Positions 1-13,533 are shown, counted from the first letter of the stretch. The stretch is 64,000 nucleotides of DNA from Octopus vulgaris (GCA_951406725.2 OX597825.1:37324001-37388000), one strand, 5' to 3'. Made by a program: numbers and translations. Notes: a model not told the origin generated them from the sequence alone.

Positions 1-142
1 AAAATAATGCTAATGGATATTATGATGATGATGATATAAGGGAGATATTAACGATAATTGCGATGATTATGATGATGATGACTACGATGATGATGATAAT
101 GATGATGAAGATAATAGTGACGTCGACGATGATGACGACGAC

Positions 143-180
143 GAAATTTGGAACCGGGGTTCTTATTCCTAAGGTATTTT
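143..180 (-). repeat. Inverted partial copy of the 5' part of the hammerhead-bearing element at 361-550
   Basis: Reverse complement AAAATACCTTAGGAATAAGAACCCCGGTTCCAAATTTC matches 369-406 with 4 mismatches in 38 nt. Confidence 0.85.
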
Positions 181-183
181 CGA

Positions 184-212
184 TGTTGTTGTTGTTGTTG
201 CTGTTGTTGTTG

Positions 213-285
<73 letters not shown>

Positions 286-318
286 TATTATTATTATTTT
301 TATTATTATTATTATTAT
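184..318. repeat. (TTG)n/(TTA)n compound microsatellite
   Basis: Seen directly; explains the poly-N/L/Y ORFs. Confidence 0.95.
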
Positions 319-360
319 TGTTCAACTCACTGCTTGGAATCGAACTCCAATAATAATAAT

Positions 361-550
361 AAAATCAAAAAATACCTTAGGAATGAGAATCCAGGTTCGA
401 AATTTCCTCAAGACACCTGAAGAAAGTTGGAGGGTATATCAGCCGAAACGTTGTGTTAACAACAAACAAGATGAAGACAAATATCCGACGAATGTAAATA
501 ATGTACATAATGTAAATAATGTACATAATTCCTCATCTCCTAAATATAGA
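361..550 (+). mobile_element. Short hammerhead-carrying element (PLE pLTR-like or retrozyme-like) following (AAT)n
   Basis: Contains a hammerhead fold at 412-457 and an 18-bp tandem repeat at 491-528; has an inverted sister copy at 143-180. Confidence 0.6.
412..457 (+). ncRNA. Minimal type I hammerhead ribozyme, stem II partly decayed
   Basis: GACAC-CTGAAGA-A-AGTTG(GAGGGTATAT)CAGCC-GAAAC-GT-T-GTGTT; stem I GACAC/GTGTT. Confidence 0.7.
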
Positions 551-1391
551 ACAGGAAAAATGCCGCAAAGAAATTTGTTCGACATGCTAACAATTCCGCC
601 ATTAATGATGACAACAATAAAAACTTATCAACAATTCGGTTCCAGGAGCTAACGTAAGAGCGACAGAAGGAAGTTACTCTGATATACTGGTAAGACAAAA
701 CAAAGTAAATAAGTAAAAAAAAAAATATTACTGAACCGCAAGTGCAGAAACTTGTATATGAATACCACGTTAAATAGGTAACGTCACTGACGGGAAAACA
801 CCATTAATCGTCCACAAATGAATAGCATGAAATTATCAAACGTCTAAGAACAATTGTAAAGGAAGAACTTAATAATCTGAGCTAAACAGGAAATTATAAA
901 AGTAGAAATACCAAAGGAAGTTGATAATACAAAACAATGTGTGCACAGGAACAATAAAAGCACCGTGACACAAAAGGTTGTAACCCCATCTGAATCTTCG
1001 TTAAAACTCAAAATAATTGTAGCAACAGAGAAGTGAGAAATATTAAATCTAACATGACCAAATAATAATGATTTATTTCAATTTTGAAATTTTTATATTA
1101 TTTTAATCTTATTTTTTGAATTTGATTTTAGTAAATTTTTTAATGAACTGAATTGAATTAATATAATTTTATTTATTTATATATTTTTATCTGACTCTGG
1201 CAGATGAAGGATGGCATAATAGAAAGTCCAACAGACAAAAGAAACAATTTAAATTGATAGAATTTATACAAATTGAGGACAGAACAAAGACACTATATGA
1301 CATATTTGCAAATGAGAAATAATTACACAGAAATATAAATGGTGCTACTACTGTTGTTCTTTAGATCCGTATTAATCCGGCAGCTGCAGAT

Positions 1392-1788
1392 TCTTTTCTA
1401 CTCTAGGAACAAGGCCCGAAATTTTGGGGAAGGGAGCCAGTCGATTAGAGTGACTCCAGTACGCAACTGGTAGTTAATTTATCGACCCCAAAAGGATGAA
1501 AGGCAAAATCGACCTCGGTGGAATTTGAACTCAGAACATAATGGCAGACGAATACCTATTTCTTCACAACCCACAAGGGGCTAGACACAGAGAGGACAAA
1601 CAAGGACAGAAAAACGAATTAAGTCGATTATATCGGCACCAGCGCGTAACTGGTGCTTATTTAATCGACCCCGAAAGGATGAAAGGCAAAGTCGACCTCG
1701 GCGGAATTTGAACCCAGAACGTAACGGCAGACAAAATACGGCCACGCATTTCGCCCGGCGTGCTAACGTTTCTGCCGGCTCGCCGCCT
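1392..1788 (-). mobile_element. tRNA-derived SINE family A (Meta-domain-like), partial tandem dimer
   Basis: Minus strand has A-box-like CGGCAGAAACG, B-box GGTTCAAATTCC and GCCTTTCATCCTTTCGGGGTCGAT; many similar copies in the window. Confidence 0.85.
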
Positions 1789-1959
1789 CCCTGCAGCTAT
1801 AGATTGTGGAACAAAACATTGTAAAGTTTTTTTTTAACAGAATAAATATATCTAGGATTACAATTTCTTGACTAATCCTATCTAAGACTACATTATCCTA
1901 TAATTTCCAATATGTTGAGCGACTACAGAGAGGTCTTTTATTGGCGTGTGTAAATGGTA

Positions 1960-3240
1960 TAGATATAGCATGTATTATGAGATAAAGTTATGTCGAATCA
2001 ACTAGTAAACACGAAAGTGGATGTATCAGCTAAAGCTAAGGGTGTCAAGACAGGAAAGAAAATAAGAAAACATTCAGTAAAACCTGCCTGGAAACAAAAA
2101 GAGTAGTTAATCAGGAAACAAGGAGAGAGATAAAATATATACTAAAAAAAATTTAATAAAAAAAAATACATATATTCACCAAAACAGTACTTCTGTTTGG
2201 AAGACTTACAATTAAGGAAGAACGGGAACACAAAGAAATAAAAGAAAGATTAATTCGACAGGCGAAAGCCAAATCCTGAAGACTTTGAGTCAAGAATCAA
2301 ACAATTCATACAAAATAAAATGGTTCGAGTAGACGAGGAAATTAAAGGAATTATGTAAGAAAGCTTGGGAAATTGAGAAGCCCCCAGACGAAAAGGAAGC
2401 CTAATAATTGAAATAAAATAGGGGAGGAGAAACAAATACATAAAAACAATGAAATAATACGTAGGACAACAGAAATAATTTAATCATCTCTTGGCACTGT
2501 AATGTGCAACAATATATATAACAGAAGCCATTTGAAGAAAAGGCAACAGAAAATGCTTGGAAACAGTATACACAAAATCCCAAAGTTCTGAATAAAACAT
2601 CTACTTTACTTACACTGCACATACATACACACATGTATATACGTATACAACATTCATATAATTATACACAGACACAACGATAGAGAGAAGAAATAGTGCA
2701 ATATCCTAAGAAAATAAGAACCTTGTCTGAAACGCCAGAATAATTGACACAACGAAAAAACTTCTCTTGGAAAAGGGAAACGAGAAAAAAGCAAATCCGG
2801 TTGAGCGTAAGAATTGTGCGCAAATCGCATGCTTTACATCCATCTGCAATACCTCAGCAGTAAATAAGAACGTATATGAACACCTGCCTGGAAATAAACT
2901 TTCATCTGAAGAACAGACAAACTACAGATGACATTCATGTAGCTATACGGTTGTAAAGCCAATGTAAATGACAAAAAGACAACAATACTGGTATAGTATC
3001 ACAATCATGTTTCCTTTGATCAATGGAGATGTATAAATTATCAGCAGTGATTATAGGGTTCATGAAACATAGCGTGACTGAAGAAAGGAAAATAATATTA
3101 AATCAGAAAATTGTCCTGAAAGCAGACATAAATTATTACCGAAAAGGAATTTTACTGAGAAAGGCTTTCTCATTACTTCTGTTCTATGTGGTTCTTCTCT
3201 AATTAATTACCGTTCTAAATTCGACTGAAAGTTAACTACA
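1960..3240 (+). pseudogene. Heavily decayed R4/Dong-like LINE ORF fragment
   Basis: Manual translation gives KPAWKQK, QAKAK..FESRIKQFIQNK and INYYRKGILLRKAFSLLLFYVVL*LITVLNST, matching the 31473 ORF (KAKAQRIRRFEKRNKFYKQNK; ININCGIFQGDSLSPLKFCIALIPLTSELNRT). Confidence 0.6.
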
Positions 3241-3515
3241 AGGCCGGTGGAACGACACCAAGCTAAATTCTAGTTTAGAGATACCGTTAGAATATACGCC
3301 TTCTCTCACTGATAAAACGTTATGGCTTAGACATTACCTTAAAATGTATCCATAAGTCATCTGCAATCAAGGGAAATTAAGCTAGTTCCTAACGATGGCA
3401 AATAAAACGAACTGAACGATGAAAGATTTAGAAAAAAATTATCGTATGCATAGCCATATGTGTGTGTGTATAAATATGAATATATATGATAGTATATACA
3501 TATATTTACACACAA

Positions 3516-3563
<48 letters not shown>

Positions 3564-3599
3564 GTATATATGGTAGTATATGTATAGGAAGAAAGCTTC

Positions 3600-5100
3600 T
3601 ATACTAAGAAAGAAATACAAAAAATAAACAAAACACCGATAATATCTGGCTCGTATTACCCTATACCATGCACCTCAAATCAAATATAGTTAGCTCATTA
3701 ATGAAAATCATAGACAAACACCTAAACGCTAATAATAAATACACAGAATTATTTAGGAATAAAATCAGAATAGGCCACAGTCTGACTAATAACTTAGCCA
3801 CAATAATAGCCTGAATGAATAATGAAAAAAACTTAACAAATTCTACGAAACTAGAAAGATTGTGAACAATAAAAATAATAACTGCCCAACTAATAGGACT
3901 AAGCACCTCCCCCCGCCACTAACGCAACGCCTTCTGCTAACTTAGGTACAGACCTGAATAATAATTGTCCCCACAATAAAAAAAGACGAAGAAACACCTA
4001 ATTATTTATGCGGCTGTAGGGATAGAACAAAGTGCCATTTCTCAAATAGATGTAAGACAAATAACGTAGTTTACCAGTGTGACGTCCGCACAAACAGCCA
4101 GACGAAATCATACATAGGTGCAACTAAGAACTAAATGATTCTCAGATATAATGTACAAGTATCGACCTTCAAAAATAGGAATAAGGCTAACTCAACAGTG
4201 CTAAGTATATACATTTGGAAACTTAAGGATAAAAAAATTGAGTTTAGCTTAAACTAGCGTATGCTCAAGCTTCTACAACACCGCAAATAGACACTGCCTA
4301 TCAGAACGCTTAGCTATACTTACGGCTAAGCAAACCCTACTCAACAGAAAATTGAGAACGACAAGTCGTGTCTTCACGTTGGACTTTATATATTTTCGAA
4401 ATACCGGTTGAAAAGCCCCTCTTGTATTCATGCAGTCCTCTACGCCTTCATAATCCCAAACTTGAATACTCATCTCTATAAGTCTAATTAACTAGGAAAT
4501 ACACTAAACACACGCAAATCCACTCGCCTCCAAAATTCCATAATAATACACTTTGCAAATAGATAGGGCCCCTCCTAGCACTAACAACTTCCGAAATTCT
4601 AGCAATAAGACAATTATTAGCCATAACACATTTTCAAACCACCCAAAATTTGGTATGAGTTAGCTCCCTATTCACACTGTTAGACTTAGCCCCTTCACCT
4701 ACACCGCCGGTGGGAACTAATCGTAAAATATAAAAAATTGAATACACACGTACGAAAAAATGTGCTTAATTAAACTAGGAAACCCGCACCTAAATAATAC
4801 TCCCCCGCCCCAATTACCCAACGAAACTAAACAATCTACTACAAGCAAACGTCTACCCAGCGAATTTACCAGAGCAAGAACAAAGTTTAATGTAAGAATT
4901 ATCCATTTTCCTTACATTACCATCACATATGTATTTATTACTTTCGCATCCTAACCGTGCATCTATCTATATTCGCATAGAGATTTACTTAAACCAGTAA
5001 ATTGAAACAATCGTGAATGCTACCTTCATCTCTGCTTCTTCCTTCTTTGTTATCTAATTAATTAAAGACATACCAGCGAAAACCACAAGTTTCCCAATGT
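3600..5100 (+). mobile_element. Decayed Penelope-like element 3' part (linker, GIY-YIG, pLTR)
   Basis: From 4006: LCGCRDRTKCHFSNRCKTNNVVYQCDV...SYIGATKN*...NSTVLSIYIWKLKD; linker IWLVLPY...IIDKHL; degenerate hammerhead downstream. Confidence 0.85.
4971..5018 (+). ncRNA. Degenerate type I hammerhead in a PLE pLTR
   Basis: Stem I ATTCGC/GTGAAT, stem II ATTTACT/AGTAAAT, GAAAC present, CUGANGA eroded to ATAGA. Confidence 0.5.
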
Positions 5101-5117
5101 TATTATATCCATTTTCT

Positions 5118-5176
<59 letters not shown>

Positions 5177-5816
5177 TAAAAGAAATAAAACATATGCATA
5201 TATATAAGCATATATGTACGTACCTACCTCTACATGTACATATACACGCATATATGAGTACAGGACACCAAAGGGACGTCGAACACATAGAGAAAAAACA
5301 TAGACACGAACCAAAGGAACAGGACATTTTTTTAAAATGTATATACATATATACCATGTATATACATATACATGGTTGCCCAAAAGTCACTTGACAGTGA
5401 ATTAAACCCATTTAATCCTACGATTTATTTATGTTTAATAACTGAATGAATTTAATAAAAGCCCTTTTTGAGCGACACATTTTCCCATTCGAGTCAATAC
5501 AGAATTAAAGATAGTATTTACGGAATTTTGATTTATTGTCGGATGATTTTTGGCCTTCCCTGTTTGTTTGTTTGTTTGTTTGTGCGCATGTTTAGGAAAA
5601 TAAAAATAAGAAATAAGTGGAAATTTTACCGGTGAGTGTGTTACATGATAAGGCACAAAAGGAAAATGACTCTCCCCAGATACAACAGAATATGCATCAA
5701 CACACGAACTGATATAACGAATATTGCAAACCAAATCCCAAAACGAAACACATATTTATATATTATTTATATTATTATATATATGTACGTATGTATGTAT
5801 ATATATATATATATAT

Positions 5817-5880
5817 ATAGTGAATCCAAACAAAGAAGAACAAACAAGAAAAAAGAACAACGCGAGAACGTGGTACAATT
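5817..5880 (-). mobile_element. Truncated 3' end of the 55434-55636 element family, between (TA)n tracts
   Basis: Similar to the reverse complement of 55575-55636 (ATCCAAACA...AACAACGCGAG.ACGTGG.ACAA). Confidence 0.7.
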
Positions 5881-5881
5881 G

Positions 5882-5927
<46 letters not shown>

Positions 5928-5967
5928 TTAAATCACGATAAGGGTGAAAAAAATTGAATATTAATTA

Positions 5968-6078
5968 ATAACATCAATTTAAAATACCAAGTGGCCTAGC
6001 GAAAAAAACTGGGATACAGTAAAAATTATTAATACAAGTAATAAGAGAGAGACCACATGTGGTCACTCTCTTATTACT

Positions 6079-6081
<3 letters not shown>
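5968..6081. repeat. Interspersed repeat fragment ending in a 48-bp palindrome
   Basis: 5968-6030 is similar to 63938-64000; 6034-6081 is a palindrome with one mismatch. Confidence 0.8.
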
Positions 6082-6113
<32 letters not shown>

Positions 6114-6370
6114 CACATTTGATGATATGAGTATGAAATCCGCGCAAAGGGTATAAATATATATTGTAAATGCAAGGCCAATTAAATGAAGGAAAGCAGC
6201 ATCGTAGAGGCAATGTTCGACAAATGGAATATTAGAAAGCATTGTTTTCTTTAGTATTATCTTTTTCTGTATTTCCATTGCAGCTGACACATACACACAC
6301 ACCCAACACACTCACATACTCACACATAAACACGAGATATGCAAACATACACTCACACACACACACACAC

Positions 6371-6425
<55 letters not shown>

Positions 6426-7354
6426 ATGAAATATAATATAATACAATATAATATGATACATTATGTTATATTATATAAGAAAGTATAATATTATAGAGAT
6501 TTTAACCAAGTGTATAGCGTTGCAGAGTGTCAGAATATCATCAAATCACATCACTTGTCTCTCTGAAAATATGTTCCCTCTCACCGTGAATGAAAATATC
6601 ATGTTATCATCGCCAAAGTCGTCTGCCTTTTATAAGTATTTCTTCTCATACTATTACTTTCAGGTGGTATGCAAATAGCTTGAATGGAGCGAATGTTGTG
6701 CTCAAGATATATGTAAAGAATTTGAACAGAATTGGAAAGGAAAGGGAAAACCTATGTCCTTATTACTTTGATTTTGCATACCATGCCATCAACTTCTGTT
6801 ACCAGAAATAACCGCAAGGAGGCAGTGAATGATCTTCACAGTGGAATAATCAGACAAACGAACCTGTTTTACCCGTGACTACTTCTGTGGGAGCAAATAC
6901 AACACATGAAAACAGGCTGAGTTATTATGGACGTCTGTGGATCAACAACAGTAACCTTTGCCACGATCTCCGACTCCTCATACATAAAAATATCAGCGAC
7001 TGTTCAACGCCAGATTTATGTCAGAATCTCAGTCGTCGTAACAAATGGAGAGTATCCTGGTGATATAAATTTTCGTGTAATACTGATTTCTAACATAATC
7101 ACAAGATCCAAAACTTTAGGAGTGGGTTACAGTCAGTTTCATCGGTTCAGATATATGATGGATGAAATATAAAGTTGATCTTGGTGGCGTTTAAACAGAG
7201 GTAATAAAAAAAGAATAAGTTAATCCCATCTGTTATAATGTTTAGCATGTACCAAATCCGCCAATCTACCATATTTACTCCCAATACCACCTGTTATAAA
7301 ATCCAGTATGTACCGATTTTGTCAGTCTACCACATTTCACTCTGTGTGTAGCAC

Positions 7355-7660
7355 TAGTTTCAAATTTGGGCAGAAGAATTGCATTTTCGGGGATGGATTA
7401 AGTATATTACGTCGACCTCAGTACTAAAACTGTAGTTATTGTATCGACCAGGAAAGGGTGAAAAGTAAAGTCGTCCATGGTGAAATGTGAACACAAAACG
7501 TAAAGATGGGCGAAATGCCGCTAAGCATTTTACTCGATGTGCTTAGCTAGGCACGTAATATCGGTTTCAAATTTTAGCACAAGGACGGCAATTTCTCTAG
7601 AGATGGGGTTAATCGGTTACAACGACCGCAGTACTCAACTGATACTTATTTTGTCGGCCC
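7355..7660 (-). mobile_element. Two diverged SINE family A fragments
   Basis: Similar to 1392-1788 (TTTCAAATTT.GGC.CAAG...TCGAC...GAAATGCCGCTAAGCATTT). Confidence 0.7.
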
Positions 7661-8102
7661 GTCTTGTCTTGGTATAAAAGATGGGCCGCAATAAATATTC
7701 TGCTCCATAACGCAGATTTGCTGTACAGTTGCTTGACCTTAAACTGTGGAGCCTGTCCCTAAGTGGCTGACGATATGTGCATTTCTGATCAAGAGCAGAA
7801 GTCGTGGGGAAGCATCATAGCCATGTGTTGAGAGGAATTCTTTGGGATTTGAATGATTTCCCCTGGAATCGTGGTTATTTTGTTCATCATCCTTAAACAA
7901 ACCTTAGTCAGGGACTTTTTGAGCAGGATGGGCTACTCAGCCTGGAGAAAATTCTAACTGGGTCCCACCGGCGAGGTCATGCGCTGCTGCGCACATATGG
8001 ATGAGAGGCATGTGCCTGGTTTACCCTTTTCAGACGGGTAATCATGATGAGAATATTGGCTGTTGTATATTTTACCCCAATGAAACTTTGATGGCATGAG
8101 CT

Positions 8103-8105
<3 letters not shown>
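7660..8105 (+). mobile_element. Unclassified interspersed repeat (family E)
   Basis: 7975-8105 matches the reverse complement of 35305-35445. Confidence 0.55.
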
Positions 8106-8138
<33 letters not shown>

Positions 8139-8174
8139 TCTCTCTCAATCAATCAATCAATGAATTAATGAACC

Positions 8175-8212
<38 letters not shown>

Positions 8213-8634
8213 TTTCTACATTCGCCCTGTATTAGAAATTTTGAAGCAAAGTTGCCCCCTATAGAATATATATTTTGTAAATGAAAATTACTCAACGCCA
8301 CAAGTTCGCCCCAGTAATTCTCATACTGGAGCAGGGAAAGGAATGTGTTTTGTAGGAAACAGTTGGATGTTCAGCGTTCTGATTATAAATATCTATCCTC
8401 TAAATTCTTTTCATTGGAGAATGTTACTATTTTCTTTAAATTTTAGTTTTACATCTGTATATAAATACCTCCGTGGAAAAAAGAAAGTACAAACACCTGC
8501 AAAATCTCCTTCTACCCTGCCCTCTGTATGTATATATATATATATATATATATATTATTTATATATATATAATATGTGTGTGTGTGTGTGCCTATATATA
8601 TATATATATATATATTATTTATATATATATAATA

Positions 8635-8668
<34 letters not shown>

Positions 8669-10537
8669 CAAATATATACATTGTTTTGCATAAGATGCAA
8701 ATTTTAGCTGTGAAATCAGAATTTCTTGCCACAATTTAATTACTATGATCATGAAGAATATATTTTTTATAAATTCGAAAGATAGTGTCATATTATTTTT
8801 TCATTTCTGTGTTCACTTACATATCTGTTCCCCCACCTCAGTTTTGATTCTTTGTTGCTTGTTATGTTAATATTTCTCTGCAAACTTCTTGGTCGTTAGT
8901 TTAATATGATTTTCAACGTCTTTAATGTAATTAGATAATGCAATGTCTATCTCACTCTCACTATTTTAGACTTGATTGCTCCTAGTAAACGAACTAAACA
9001 TTTTAGGAAAGGAAGGATATCTTCTTGTTGCTGTGATGAATGTCATTGTTTGAAAGTCAATAAGAAAAAAAAACAAACAAGAAAAATAAGAATAGAAAAT
9101 GAATCAAAATTGAACATTATCTTCAGTTCCATGTTCCATGTAGCCCATCATAAAAAAAGAAGAGGCTTAGCAAAAAAAAAAAAAAAATTAAGTTGGAAGG
9201 ATCTGTGTTCAAATGTTGCCAGAAGGCTCATAAACTAGCAAAAGAAACAGCCTCAAAATCTTTCTCATAAAGAGATGCTCATTATCAGTGAAATATATTT
9301 CAGTGAAAGACATTTCTATCTTTGAAAGTAATAAGGATTCACAGTATCTTTTCAACTAGACGTGGAAGAGCTCCTCAATTTCTCCTAAAATGTTAACTTT
9401 TTGGGAGAAGGAACATTTTCTTTTCCCTCAATGACAATTTTAGCAGTCAGAGAATATCAAATGAAACATTTAAAGAAGGATTTAGAGGTTATCGTACGAT
9501 GATGTAGGGCTGTTTAAGCTTGTAACGTGTTGGAACCCTCAGTCTTGCATTGACAGTGTCATTGTACGTTATGCATTCTAGAAAAGCATACCCCACCGCC
9601 ACACGAATATATTAACATAATAATACTCATGTTCATTCTGCCAAATTAGTTAAAACCTTTTTTTTCAAAATCATAAAATTGGGAATTTGTTTTAGCCTGA
9701 AGAATATCTAAACCTGAATCTTATTGATAATTTATAATATATCTTGTTTTCTTTTCTCTTTTTAGAGAAACCTCATTCAAGAACTTTGAAATGCAAACAA
9801 ACTTTATTTGCTTCCAGAACAAGAAGAATGGTACAAATTACTGCTAGCATTATTGAAAAATCTTGCTGTCAGTATGATGAAAGGAAAAATAAAATGAAAA
9901 TAAAAAGCATAAAATGATGCTTCAGAACAGAGAACAAAAGACAATGCTTCATACCAGAAGCATTAATCATTAAATTTGAGATATGAATAACATAATTTCT
10001 ATCTTTTAAAAATCTCAATACAATACATTGATTTCAACAAAGAGAAATGTTTGCTTTTTAAATAAGTAACATTGCAAAATTTCTGGTTTTGATTGCGGGC
10101 ATCTACTTTAACTTATAATTTCATATTGTACTATAGAGAGAATAAATACCCGAACCTTGCATTTATTTACATTTCCACAATACACTTGATGAGTAAAATA
10201 TCGTCCAAAGATTGTAAGTTTCCCGTTAAGACAAGGTGGTAGATGAGAAATACAACTTTTTTGTTGTATAATCTCATAAAAGTGCTCAAACTAGTGTTAG
10301 ACTTGCTTACAATCTACCACATCTCTACACATACGCAAGATTACCCAAGCTGTTAATGCAAGACAGTGGGTTCTAAACTCGTTAAAATTTTAATCAGCTT
10401 TACATCATCATGTCACTACCTCTAAATCATCATTAGTCGTAGGTGATCTTCCTTGAATTTTTCATTTGATATTCTGAGATTTCTAGTACTGTCATTAAAG
10501 AGGAAAGAAGGTGTTCCTACCTTGAAAATGTTAACAT

Positions 10538-10752
10538 TGGTTTCAAACTTTGGCACAAGGCCAGCAATTACTAGGAAAGTTGTAAGTCAATTTACACCGG
10601 TTCCATTGCTCGACCGGTAGTTATGTTATCGACCCCAAATAGATGAAGAGCAAAGTCGGCCCCAGTGGAATTTGAGCTCAGAACATAAAGGCGGACGAAG
10701 TACCTCAGAGCATTTCGCCTGGCGAGCTAACGATTCTGTCAGTTCGCCTCCC
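10538..10752 (-). mobile_element. SINE family A
   Basis: Full-length similarity to the other family A copies. Confidence 0.85.
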
Positions 10753-11278
10753 TCTTAGCAGCGATTACTATCATCCCATAACATTTTTACCAACAGCTTA
10801 CTGAACTCAAGTTACTTCCTTCTGCCAACAACAGAAAATGTTGCAGATCAATAGCTGTTAATATTTTCTATGAGACTTTACTGATATCTCCTTAAGTTAT
10901 GCATCTATAATCCTCCTTCAACTGAAATTTCTAATAAGAACAAGGGAAACTGCTTCTATATACCGTACTTAGCATCAATCAGCAGCCGGTAGCAGCTAGT
11001 AACCAGTAACAGTCAAAAGCAAACAACTCTGACACTTGATCTGAATCACCGCAGTATAAGCCTTACATATAATCCAATGATAATCAGCTTACCTAGAAGC
11101 TGCGAATGCCTTATTTCTCAAAACCAAGCGATCGAACGTTCAGGTATGTTTCTTCCACTCCTGAGAAACTCTGAATAACGTGATTCCGGTTCAAGCTGTG
11201 AATACAAGTAAATATAAACACTGCGGAACGGGTTAAGTGTTCTGTTTTTTTTTATCTATCTGTCTACCTGTCTGTCTA

Positions 11279-11355
<77 letters not shown>

Positions 11356-11362
11356 ATATATA

Positions 11363-11424
<62 letters not shown>

Positions 11425-11499
11425 TGTGTGTTCATATGCATGCTTCATGTGTATTAAGGCACGCCTCATGCATGAAGAAAGTCAGGGCAAGTTGCAGGG

Positions 11500-12131
11500 A
11501 ATCACCACGCGTGACACTTAAAGGAGGAGCTATGCCCTGAATCATTCCTTTACACAAAGTAATATAATCTATCATCTGTATTAAGTACACGTTTTCGTTT
11601 ACATTTCTAAACGAAAACGTATACAAGCGTCACTCCTGGGAATGTGGTATTGGGCATCGACAATTCCTCATCCAATGCCAGATCGTCAGTCGAGAGTTTT
11701 ACTGTAATGTTTTGAAGCGTTTGATGGAGGACAATAAGCAAAAGGGACCGGATCTGTGGAAAACGAAGAATTGGATTCTTCGCGACGACAATGCACTCAG
11801 TCACCAAGCTCGCCTCACTCGCGAGTTTCTCGCCAAAACAACTTCCGCACCCTTTTATTCGCCTGTTTTGTACCTGCAGACTTCTATCTCTTCCCTTAGA
11901 TGAAATCTGGCTCAACGGTCTCCGTTTTAACACCGTTGTCAACATCCAGAGTGATTCCCAGAAGGTCCTCGACTCGCTAACGACTTCCAGGCTGGATTCC
12001 AAAAGTAGCAGGGAAGCTGAGACAGGTGTATTGCTGTGCAAAGCGAAGAGGATGATATTAAAACTTTAGTAAATAAGTTGTTTTTTTTATTAAACATAAC
12101 TAGTCCGGGAACATTTTGATATCACCTCGTA
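11500..12131 (+). mobile_element. Decayed mariner-type DNA transposon, 3' half
   Basis: NWILRDDNALSH...FLAK...PFYSP resembles W.LHHDNAP.H...PYSPDL; right end CCGGGAACATTTTGATATCACCTCG-TA is a TACGAGG-type TIR. Confidence 0.75.
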
Positions 12132-13383
12132 CACACTCTGATAGATAGTATAAAACTAGATAGATAGTATAATAGTATAATAAAAAATATCGGTTAAACG
12201 AAAACACGAGGATGAATGAATATCTGTATGCAGAAAATTTCATGCTCGATTTTCTCATGTGATGCGCAATTTTCCCATGGAGACGATTGAAGCCATTGTT
12301 ATTATTTTTATCATACGTATCAATATGGAAAAGGTACAAGAGCATAAAGAAAATAGGTTTTTGTTCCATCTGACTCTGCAGAAATAGTATTACTTGTTGG
12401 TGATTCTAGAAACACAATATGTATTACCATAACCATATTCATCCACCTGAAGTACCTGTTCCAGTGAGAAACTTTGGGACCAGCGCTCTTCTGACACACC
12501 ACTTTCTTCAAATAAAATATTCTCTGATCGAGAGTATATGTACCTCTACTTGTGAGTGTAACTCCTAGCAGTAATGATATTATAAAACGTCTACTGATTC
12601 CTTGCACACACACACTCATACACAGATCTGTGTGTGCGTTTTCGTGTATCTGCGCAATATATGTGCATTTGCGTGCTATATATTCATAGCTAAAATTTTA
12701 TAAATATATTTATGACGTCAATGGAAATATACTTGAACTGGAATGGAAACTGTGACGTGCATCTATATTTTCTTTAGCACAAAATTTTTGAAGTCATAAA
12801 TATAATATATACATATATATATATTTATATGCATACATAAAAAATATTACATATATAAATACATACACGCACACATATAATTTGAATCATAAAGAAGAGC
12901 GATGCTGAAATAATTTGTTTATGCTTAAGTTGAACAAAATCCTACTTCTCTACTCTACTCATTCTACATCTCTTTGCTATATTGATGTGATAGGTAATTC
13001 TGAATGCTCTCACGCTCAGTTTTCAAATCTTTTGATTACACATAATATTAGGAAAAGAACGTTTCTTTGGGCTTACATTTTGCATGTCATTTCATCAGAA
13101 ATCTCCAGCGTGTATATACTCACAATATCTCAGACACGCACATGCAAATACGGGAACATAGAAGCATGCGTACACACAATACATACATACACATTTAAAT
13201 ATATGTGTGTGTATCAGAGCGTATGTGTTTATTTATAAATACCTAATTGTAAATATGAGTGTATAAAGAAAGTAAATGCATATTTATATATCTTTCCCTA
13301 AATACATACACACAAGCACGCAAACACAGGCACACACACACACATATATATATTAATATATATATGTATAATATATATATATG

Positions 13384-13426
<43 letters not shown>

Positions 13427-13489
13427 ATATGTATACAGAGATTGTACAGCTACGCATGTGTGTGTATGTATATATATACATATATGTAC

Positions 13490-13533
<44 letters not shown>

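Noticed and set aside
20-420. Poly-N/L/Y/I and YI/HT/CV ORFs here and throughout the window
   Set aside because: They are translations of stop-free microsatellites
6590-7172. Several short ORFs in unique sequence after a TTTCAG acceptor-like site
   Set aside because: No recognisable protein, and stops occur in all frames
7228-7345. Diverged tandem duplication of about 60 bp
   Set aside because: Two copies only; an ordinary local duplication, not an array
8530-8665. 60-bp tandem duplication of a compound TA/TG tract
   Set aside because: Low complexity; consistent with slippage or an assembly effect
13056-13103. Minus-strand CTGATGA...GAAACGTT
   Set aside because: Stems I and II do not pair, so a chance match
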